Part shown: positions 6,265-13,617 of the stretch, in pieces
Layout: each line of letters starts with the position of its first letter
Numbering within the stretch: the stretch's first letter is position 1
Assembly: GCA_051382335.1 (NCBI GenBank)
Contig: JBBCAX010000325.1
Location: forward strand, 1-17,139
Direction: 5' to 3'
Origin: Deltaproteobacteria bacterium TL4
Lineage (GTDB): Bacteria; SAR324; NAC60-12
Length of the DNA stretch: 17,139 bases
Position numbers and translations under genes: made by a program
The notes under the pieces: model-generated
Databases searched by the model: none
The model's input: the letters and a program-made list of their open reading frames with translations, nothing else
Told to the model about the DNA's origin: nothing

Positions 6265-8781
6265 ATGTCTACCGAGAACGAAAAACCCTCCATTTTACAG
6301 AATGCCGAATTCTTATACGCGGTTTTGGAAACATCAAAAACCAATATCATCATTGCGGATCTTGAGGAAAAAATAATTTATGCCAACCCACGATCCCTGC
6401 AAATCCTTGCAGAATTGGAAAGCGAGTTAAATGCCTCCCTGCCCCGTGGTTTTAGAGCGAATAAGATCATAGGAGGCAGTATTCACCGTTTTCACAAAGA
6501 TCCTGACACGGTCCGGCGGGTTCTTCGCAGATTGAGAAAAGGCGAAAACCATCTTGTGATCATCAAACCGGGGAAGCTTACGTTCTCTCTGAACGCAAGA
6601 CCTATTTTTGACGCGGCGGGAACCAAGTTAGGGTATGTCACCGAGTGGGACAACCTCACAGCGAAAATAGCCAGTGACCATGCGGCAGCCCGCTTGCTGT
6701 CTTCCATCGAAGGTTCGTCAGGAGCCATGATGACCTGTGACCGAAATCTCATGGTTACTTACGCGAATCCTGCCACCATGAAAATGCTTGCGGAGAATAT
6801 TCACGAATTCCAAAAGGCGTTTCCTGGCTTCACCTTAGAAAAATTTGTAGGATCCAATATTGATCTTTTCCATAAGAATCCGCAGCATCAAAGGACTATC
6901 CTGACCAATCCCGCTCAGCTTCCTTACAAGACAGACGTCAGGATCGGAAACTTAACCTTTCAGCTCAATGTGACAGCGATGAGGGATGCCCGCAATGAAT
7001 ACATTGGCAATACGGTAGAGTGGAGCAATGTGACTGAGCTCCGGGCTAAAGAAGCCGATGTCGCCCGGTTATCAGGGATGATTGAAGAAGCTCGAACCAA
7101 CTTTATGGTTTGTGACACCGATCTGAAAATCACCTACGCCAATCCTGCGGTGATTTCAATGTTCAGGAAATACCAAAGCAAAATTCGAGAGGCTTTTCCT
7201 AATTTTGATGCGGATCACCTCCTTGGCAGATGCATTGACGATTTTCACGCCAATCCCGGTCATCAACGTAAAATACTGGGTGATGTCAGCAGACTTCCGA
7301 TTCAGTCCAAGCTGACTCTGGCAGGTTTAGAGTTTGGTCTCCATGCTTCAGCGGTGAAAGATGCCAAAGGAAATTGCATAGGCAATGCTGTGGAATGGAC
7401 CGATTATAATGACCGGGTCATTTATAGCAAAGAAGTCGATCGTCTCTATCATCAAATCCAAACAGGTCACTTGTCCGCACGTGGCGAGTTGGAAAAAGTT
7501 CCCGAAGTCTATCGCCCTATGATTCAGAATATCAACAAGATCATTGAAGCCGTTGTGGAACCCATAGACGAGATCCAAACTAAATTAGCTAAAATCGCAA
7601 CAGGCGATTTGAACGCCTTTGTGACAGGCGATTACCAGGGCGATCATGCCCTCCTGAAAAATGCGTTAAATAACACGCTGCAATCTTTAGGAGAGTTATC
7701 GAATACCGCTGTGAAAATTGCCGAAGGCGATTTGACCGTGCAGGTAATCCCCAAGTCAGAGGTTGATAACATGGGTAAATCCATGCAGTTGATTGTGACG
7801 AACCTCAACAAACTGCTGGGGCAAGTCCTGCAAGCCTCCGAAGAAATTGAATCAGGCAGTTCCCAAATTGCCTCCGCCAGCCAAAATTTGGCGCAGGGCG
7901 CTTCGTCTCAAGCGAGTGCCTTGGAGGAAATCACGGCATCAATGACTCAGGTTGCCGCTCAAACAGAAACCAACGCGGAAAATGCGAATCAGGCCAATAT
8001 CCTGGCAACCTCAGCCCGTGAAAGCGCCAATGCGGGTGACGCACAAATGAAGGGCATGATTACGGCGATGTCGGAAATTGACGAATCGAGTCAAAATATT
8101 TCCAAGATCATCAAAGTCATCGACGAAATCGCTTTTCAAACCAATCTCCTGGCTCTTAACGCCGCCGTTGAAGCAGCAAGAGCGGGAGTCCATGGAAAAG
8201 GCTTTGCCGTGGTGGCCAATGAAGTCCGTAACCTTGCAGGCAGAAGCGCAAAAGCGGCAAAGGAAACGACAGATATGATTGAAGACTCCACCAAACGGGT
8301 ACAACAAGGCATCGACATTGCCAATAAAACAGGGCAGGCACTCACAGAAATTGTGAGTGGTGTGGGAAAAGTAACCGATTTGGTTGGAGAAATCGCCGCG
8401 GCGAGTCGGGAGCAGGCTGAGGGCATTGGGCAGATCAATCAGGGACTGAGACAAATTGAGCAAGTGACACAGGCCAATACCTCAACCTCTGAGGAAACGG
8501 CGGCCTCTGCGGAACAACTGAGTTCTCAATCCACTCATCTAAAGCAAATGCTTTCTGCTTTTAAAATCAGACGGGAAGCTCCTGCCTTACCTCAGGGATT
8601 GACCCCCGAATTGTTACAAGCGGTTCAAAGCTATCTGGCCAGTCAAGCCGGTCAACTGCCAGGCCTGAACATGCCCCAAGCTTACGCCGCGCCTCAAGTT
8701 CGTGAGACACCGCCACGGGGTCAAAAGGTAGAACCTCATCAAATCATTTCCCTGGATGATAACGAGTTTGGCCGTTTTTAA
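6265..8781 (+). CDS. Soluble methyl-accepting chemotaxis protein, Aer2-like (3 PAS-heme-type domains, about 3 HAMP, MCP signalling domain, C-terminal pentapeptide)
   Basis: No TM helix. Three ~125-aa PAS repeats, each with the Aer2-type I-x-x-F-H motif (H77, H203, H328) and a distal E-W (W128, W253, W378). HAMP-like GHLS/GDLN/GDLT repeats. Hairpin IIKVIDEIAFQTNLLALNAAVEAARAGVHGKGFAVVANEVRNLA. Ends ...DDNEFGRF. Shine-Dalgarno GAGGAG at 6254-6259. Confidence 0.95.
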   Translation: MSTENEKPSILQNAEFLYAVLETSKTNIIIADLEEKIIYANPRSLQILAELESELNASLPRGFRANKIIGGSIHRFHKDPDTVRRVLRRLRKGENHLVIIKPGKLTFSLNARPIFDAAGTKLGYVTEWDNLTAKIASDHAAARLLSSIEGSSGAMMTCDRNLMVTYANPATMKMLAENIHEFQKAFPGFTLEKFVGSNIDLFHKNPQHQRTILTNPAQLPYKTDVRIGNLTFQLNVTAMRDARNEYIGNTVEWSNVTELRAKEADVARLSGMIEEARTNFMVCDTDLKITYANPAVISMFRKYQSKIREAFPNFDADHLLGRCIDDFHANPGHQRKILGDVSRLPIQSKLTLAGLEFGLHASAVKDAKGNCIGNAVEWTDYNDRVIYSKEVDRLYHQIQTGHLSARGELEKVPEVYRPMIQNINKIIEAVVEPIDEIQTKLAKIATGDLNAFVTGDYQGDHALLKNALNNTLQSLGELSNTAVKIAEGDLTVQVIPKSEVDNMGKSMQLIVTNLNKLLGQVLQASEEIESGSSQIASASQNLAQGASSQASALEEITASMTQVAAQTETNAENANQANILATSARESANAGDAQMKGMITAMSEIDESSQNISKIIKVIDEIAFQTNLLALNAAVEAARAGVHGKGFAVVANEVRNLAGRSAKAAKETTDMIEDSTKRVQQGIDIANKTGQALTEIVSGVGKVTDLVGEIAAASREQAEGIGQINQGLRQIEQVTQANTSTSEETAASAEQLSSQSTHLKQMLSAFKIRREAPALPQGLTPELLQAVQSYLASQAGQLPGLNMPQAYAAPQVRETPPRGQKVEPHQIISLDDNEFGRF

Positions 8782-8805
8782 AGGAGCATAGAAATTTTCC
8801 GATGG

Positions 8806-8845
8806 AGTCTGAATCGTTCCCATGCTTTGCGTGGGAACTCGGACT
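8806..8845. repeat. REP-like palindromic hairpin between mcp and cheD
   Basis: Core GTTCCCATGC-TTT-GCGTGGGAAC (8816-8838), extended by AGTCTGA/TCGGACT (8806-8812/8839-8845). It resembles the dispersed CGTTCCCACGCTCTGCGTGGGAA palindrome family as I recall it. Confidence 0.6.
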
Positions 8846-8983
8846 TTGGCATGTTGCGTCCTCTTTGACAGCAAAACCGCTAACCTTTCCCCTAACTTTG
8901 CGAGGTCCTTTTTTTTCTGTGCCTTAGGTATGTTTTTTGCTGGGAACCGTTGTGTAAAGCAATAGGCTTCCATTCATCTTAAG

Positions 8984-9496
8984 GTGTATATGATTCTCAG
9001 AAGATCTCCCAACATCCCTTTCATTTATCCCGGATATAGTTTTCTCCCTTCTCAGCCGGTGCAGTTGTGGACCATTCTAGGGGCTGATGTGGCGGTGACT
9101 CTTTTTGATCGGAGATTAAAAAAAGGTGGGATGACTCATTACTCCCAGCCTTATCGTGAGCGTGGAAAACCCTCAACAGCGATTTATGCGGCTCCAGCGA
9201 TTGTTTCCCTGGTAAAAATGTTTTTGGACTCAGGCTCTCAAAAAAAAGATTTGGAGGCACAGATTTTTGGAGGCGCGTCAAACCCAAATCATCAGGCCTA
9301 TCATGAAAATCTACACGAAAATAATGTCAAAATCGGATTTGAGTTGCTGGAAACACAAGACATTCCCGTCGTTAGCATGGAAGTCGGCGGAAATCGGGGA
9401 CGAAAGGTCGGGTTTCACACTTACACCGGAGAGACCGTCATTGTGAAGTGCAATCATATTCGTGAAGCAGACTGGTATCCTCAACTTTGTATTTGA
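8984..9496 (+). CDS. cheD: CheD-family protein, probably catalytically inactive (Ser-Cys replaced by Ala-Asp)
   Basis: CheD motifs: PG, TILG-AD-VAVTLFD, GGMTHY, LEAQIFGGA, NV, VGGNRGRKV.F.TYTG. The canonical LGSC is LGAD here. Start is GTG 8984 or ATG 8990. Confidence 0.88.
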   Translation: MYMILRRSPNIPFIYPGYSFLPSQPVQLWTILGADVAVTLFDRRLKKGGMTHYSQPYRERGKPSTAIYAAPAIVSLVKMFLDSGSQKKDLEAQIFGGASNPNHQAYHENLHENNVKIGFELLETQDIPVVSMEVGGNRGRKVGFHTYTGETVIVKCNHIREADWYPQLCI

Positions 9497-9673
9497 GGAC
9501 GACTCGCCTAAGGCGCAACCAGTTACTCAGTTAAGGTGAAAGACGTAGGGTGGGATAATGAAAAGGGGCAATTAGCATTCTTAAATGGTTCCTGTGTTAA
9601 TTCATGGCTTCCGTGTTCGTGCTCATGAACGAATTGAAAGGGTCCAAACACAAGCACGATTTACGGAGACAAA

Positions 9674-9865
9674 TTACGCCAACTGAACATTGACCGCACA
9701 GGGGCCTTTGCGACCTTGTCCTATTTCAAAGTGAACATTGTTGCCTTCTTCCAAGTGTTTCCCTTTGATTTCTGAGTGATGAACGAACAAGTCCTGCCCA
9801 TTTTCTTGCTGAATAAAACCATAACCTTTTTGTGTACTGAACCATTTGACTTTACCTTGCTGCAT
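9674..9865 (-). CDS. cspA: Cold-shock domain protein (CspA family)
   Basis: [18 protein letters not shown] (RNP1), DLFVHHSEI (RNP2), [13 protein letters not shown] at 9865 with GGAG 6 nt upstream gives 63 aa; the ORF track's 9877 start is probably too long. The exact paralogue name is uncertain. Confidence 0.93.
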   Translation of the reverse strand: MQQGKVKWFSTQKGYGFIQQENGQDLFVHHSEIKGKHLEEGNNVHFEIGQGRKGPCAVNVQLA

Positions 9866-10387
9866 TATGAACTCCAATTGATATTGTTAATGTAATATTT
9901 CAACCCACCAAAAAAACTATCCCCACTTCACAATGCGTACACAATAGAAGGGTTCTCCAGCCATTAAATGATTCCGTAGTAAAGGATTTCGTATAGACTC
10001 ATACTTAAATACCAACTACTTCTTTATTATTACACTCCCACCTTTGTATGCAACACTGCACCAAAATCATCATCGATTAACTGGTCTCTCTCAGCGGATC
10101 AATGCCCTCTCCTTTTCAACACAGCCACCTGCCGCGCATAAAAGAGAGTTTTGTTTTATTATAAACATTTGGCAGGTTGAATTCAATTCATTTTTATAAA
10201 ATTTTTATGAAAAATGTTTTTTTTCAGACTTTAAAGAAAGCGCTGTTGTTGATGCGTTGACATTTGGAGGATTCATGCGGGCGGCATCGAAATTGGCAGA
10301 TAACTCAAGTTTCTCATTGCTACATGTAAAAAAAATATGTTAAGCATTACTATCTCTTCATTATGAATCATCAACAGGGCTAAAAGT

Positions 10388-12109
10388 ATGTCGTCACCAG
10401 CTAACGTCACACAAATTGCGTCTCATAGGGCACAAGCGGATTCCCACCATGAGATTGAAGGCTTTTTTAGACAAACTCGCTTATGGCGTCATTTGGATGA
10501 AGACAGTTTGTCCAAACTTTGTCAGATTTCAAGATTTGAACACTTTTCTGATGGTGCTTTTGTATTGACCGAAGGGGAAAAAAATGAGTTGTTGTTTTTT
10601 TTAGTCAAGGGGAAGGTCCGAATTGAAAGTGAAGGCGAATATATTTACACCCTAAAACGAAAGGGCGATATTATCGGGGAAATGAGTGCGATTACAGGAG
10701 CTCATTGCTCCGCAAATGTGATCGCGGAAGACGATTTATTACTTCTTGTCGTGGGAAGGCGGGATAACCATCAGGCCTCGTTCAGAGATTTTGAAAAACT
10801 GAGTGGTATTTTTTATCGCTTACTTGCTATCGTCATGACGGATAAGCTTAAAATGACGACACACATTGCCGGAACCTTGGAGAAAGAAAATTTTGGTCTC
10901 CACCGGGACCCCCTGACCGGCTGCTGGGGACAGAACAAATTTTATCAAGATGTGGAAACAGAAAAAAACCGGACTTTGATTTACTTGAAAATCAACAAGT
11001 TTAATGAAGTGAATGATGGCTTGGGTTTTGAGGCGGGAAATGCGGTGCTGATTCAAGTCATTAAGGTGATTAGTGAGTTAATGCCTCAACATGGGGAAGT
11101 CTATCGTTTTTTCGGTTCGGAATTCGGTATTTTGCTTCAAGGTAATAAAAGAGAGGCCTGGACGCTCAGTGAGCAAATCAGGGATCATATCAATGCTGCA
11201 AGAATTTCCTTTGAAGGCTCAAGAATAGTAATTCATTTATCCATCGGTATCGCCAGCCATCAAGAATCAGGGGATCTTTTTAAAAATGCGCATCTGGCGT
11301 TGGGAGAGTCAAAACGAGTTGGCCGAACCGTTCTTTTTAATGAAGAGCTCAATACCCAAGCACAGTATTTAGAAAATATAAAACAATTCAATACCGTGCA
11401 AGAAGCCTTTGAAAATAATATGTTTTTTCCTGTCTATCAAGGAATCCGGGACAATCGTCCTGAGAGCCCTTATTATGGCAAAATCCAGAAATATGAATCC
11501 TTAATGCGAATTCAGTCGCCTGGCAGGGAGATCTCTCCCTTTTTTTTCTTAAAAGCCCTGGAAAGTTCAGGGGAGATGACACGGGCTACCAAACTGATGA
11601 TCATGAAAAGTTTTGATGATATGGCTCCCAAACCCTATGAGTTTTCGATCAATCTTACAGAAGGTGACCTTGTTGATGAAGGCTTGGTTGAATTTATTCT
11701 GTACCATCTTAAGGGACATAAAATTCTTCCCAATCGTCTGACTTTTGAAATCTTGGAAGGGGTGAGCACGGTTGGGAGTGACTCGGTTACCTTGACACTC
11801 AAGGAATTAAAAAAAATTGGATGTAAAATTGCCATTGATGATTTTGGCGCAGAACAATCGAATATTGGGCGGTTGCTTAACTTTGAACCGGATTACATCA
11901 AAATAGACGCAAAATTCATTAAAAACCTTCCTACCAGCAAAAATAGCCGTATCATTGTTGAAAATGTTTTTGACCTCGCAACCCGTATGGGGGCGGAGGT
12001 CGTGGCAGAGTTTGTCGAAAATGAAGAAATTCAAAACATCGTTGAAAAAATAGGCATTCACTATTCCCAAGGCTATTTCTTTTCAAAACCTAGCAAAAAC
12101 TTACCTTAG
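10388..12109 (+). CDS. cNMP-binding-domain / degenerate GGDEF / EAL c-di-GMP phosphodiesterase
   Basis: N-terminal CAP-like domain (EGEKNELLFFLVKGKVRI...GDIIGEMS). GGDEF-domain remnants (DPLTG, VNDGLGFEAGNAVL, RFFGSEF, SIGIA). EAL residues present: YESLMR, SINL, FEILE, IDDFG, IKID, VAEFVE, SQGYFFSKP. Confidence 0.92.
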   Translation: MSSPANVTQIASHRAQADSHHEIEGFFRQTRLWRHLDEDSLSKLCQISRFEHFSDGAFVLTEGEKNELLFFLVKGKVRIESEGEYIYTLKRKGDIIGEMSAITGAHCSANVIAEDDLLLLVVGRRDNHQASFRDFEKLSGIFYRLLAIVMTDKLKMTTHIAGTLEKENFGLHRDPLTGCWGQNKFYQDVETEKNRTLIYLKINKFNEVNDGLGFEAGNAVLIQVIKVISELMPQHGEVYRFFGSEFGILLQGNKREAWTLSEQIRDHINAARISFEGSRIVIHLSIGIASHQESGDLFKNAHLALGESKRVGRTVLFNEELNTQAQYLENIKQFNTVQEAFENNMFFPVYQGIRDNRPESPYYGKIQKYESLMRIQSPGREISPFFFLKALESSGEMTRATKLMIMKSFDDMAPKPYEFSINLTEGDLVDEGLVEFILYHLKGHKILPNRLTFEILEGVSTVGSDSVTLTLKELKKIGCKIAIDDFGAEQSNIGRLLNFEPDYIKIDAKFIKNLPTSKNSRIIVENVFDLATRMGAEVVAEFVENEEIQNIVEKIGIHYSQGYFFSKPSKNLP

Positions 12110-12130
12110 TGATGACTCGTAACTAGTCGC

Positions 12131-12359
12131 TGTCGCGAAATAGGTATTAGCGTTTAGTTATTAGGTGTTAGGTCTCAAAAGTCGCTGATCTTCAATGGTT
12201 TTTTCTGAGGCTTTTCCCATAAAACCTAAAAGCTAACGTTGTTCTGAGGCTGAGCCACGGGCCTAACGTGAGCATCACCCGAGTTAATTACTGTTCAATA
12301 ACTTAGAACTATAGAAATTTTTGATTTTCTCGGTAGAGGTAAATCACTAATTTGCGATA
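12131..12359. repeat. MITE-like or composite repeat: imperfect terminal inverted repeats enclosing heptamer repeats
   Basis: TGTCGCGAAATAG (12131-12143) matches the reverse complement of CTAATTTGCGATA (12347-12359) at 10/13 positions. Five 7-bp TAG-initiated units at 12141-12175; complementary units near 12216-12238. Confidence 0.4.
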
Positions 12360-12528
12360 CTATGGTTTGATACCCCTTATTTTTGTGCGATTCCTAAACC
12401 AGAGAGAGTCCGGCGTTTTCGGTTGAGATGTCTTCAAATAATTGCTACTGTTGAAAAGTAAGCCCCAGTTAAAACAGAAAGCGCCGTGTTGATAACGTGT
12501 TAATTTACTCATGTCAAAATAGGAGACA

Positions 12529-13617
12529 GTGGAAATGCAAGCATCCAACGGAGAGAGAAGTACGGAAGAAGCCGCTACGGAAATCCGAACTTCAGAAAAA
12601 GTAGCCGAAATCAGCATGCAGGTGGTAGGTTATAACAGCAGTGATTTCTTTCAGGAACGTAAAATCAATGAAGCTGAATTTCCGCAGGTCCATCTCTGGT
12701 ACATCCCCATTCCTGTGAAAGGAGATGAACATTCAGTGACCTGGATTCATGTTAACGGGATCCATAAAGCGGACTATATTAGACAGTTGGGGCAGTTATT
12801 TGGAATTCATTCCTTGCTCATCGAGGATCTGATCACTCCCGATCAACGTCCTAAAGCGGAGGATTTTGGGACTTCCATTTTTATTGTTCTGAAAGAAATT
12901 CAATATGACGAAGAGAATGACGATATTTTTACACGCCAAATCAGCTTTGTGATAGGGGCGGATTTTCTCTTGTCTTTTCAGGAACAGGAAGACACTGTTT
13001 TCAAATCAATTCGCGCTCGAATTCCTCAAGAGAACAGTCGGTATCGTAAATCGGGTCCTGACTATTTACTCTATACGCTTTTGGATACCCTCATTGATAA
13101 TTATTTTTTGGTATTGGAAAAAATTCATCATAAGATTCATGACATTGAAGGAACCCTGCTTTCTAATCCGACACGGGAAACGTTGGAAGAAATTCATATT
13201 TTGAAGCGGGAAATTATTTCACTACGCAGTATCATGTTGCCTTCCAAGGAAGTTTTAAGAACTTTGCAAAAGGGGAACACTTATTTGATTGAAGAGGCAA
13301 CTTTAATTTATTTAAGAGATGCTTACGAACACGTTTCCCAAGCCATGGATATGTTCGCCACGTTTCGTGAGATGTTGAGCGACATGGTCGATACCTACAT
13401 TTCCAGCACGGATCATCAAATGAACCAGGTGATGAAAATCTTGACCGTCATGTCGACTATTTTTATTCCCTTAACCTTTATTTCCAGTATGTATGGCATG
13501 AATTTTACCTATATGCCCGAACTCCAATGGAAGTGGGGTTATGCTTTTGTGATTGGAGTGATGTTATCGATCACGTTGGGAATGATTCTCATATTTAAAA
13601 AGAAAAAATGGTTTTAG
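12529..13617 (+). CDS. corA: Magnesium/cobalt transporter CorA (paralogue 1)
   Basis: WIHVNG, IHSLLIEDL...QRPKAE, DYLLYTLLD, YLRD, MNQVMKILT...IFIPLTFI...YGMNFTYMPELQWKWGY and a KKKKWF C-terminus. AGGAG at 12521-12525 favours ATG 12535 as the real start. Confidence 0.95.
   Translation: MEMQASNGERSTEEAATEIRTSEKVAEISMQVVGYNSSDFFQERKINEAEFPQVHLWYIPIPVKGDEHSVTWIHVNGIHKADYIRQLGQLFGIHSLLIEDLITPDQRPKAEDFGTSIFIVLKEIQYDEENDDIFTRQISFVIGADFLLSFQEQEDTVFKSIRARIPQENSRYRKSGPDYLLYTLLDTLIDNYFLVLEKIHHKIHDIEGTLLSNPTRETLEEIHILKREIISLRSIMLPSKEVLRTLQKGNTYLIEEATLIYLRDAYEHVSQAMDMFATFREMLSDMVDTYISSTDHQMNQVMKILTVMSTIFIPLTFISSMYGMNFTYMPELQWKWGYAFVIGVMLSITLGMILIFKKKKWF

Noticed and set aside
487..8463. Numerous short antisense or alternate-frame ORFs inside the TPR, kinase, cheR and MCP genes (e.g. 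8011-8463, 2748-3092, 1910-2200)
   Set aside because: Shadow ORFs of strongly supported genes, with no motifs or ribosome-binding sites.
8865..8898. TTGACA as a sigma70 -35 for cheD
   Set aside because: Candidate -10 hexamers lie 10 or 22 bp away, not 16-18.
8614..8973. 119-aa minus-strand ORF
   Set aside because: Antisense to the MCP 3' end; its VPTQSMGT segment is just the translation of the REP-like palindrome.
12141..12175. CRISPR array or iterons
   Set aside because: Units are degenerate 7-mers without spacers; no cas or rep gene nearby.
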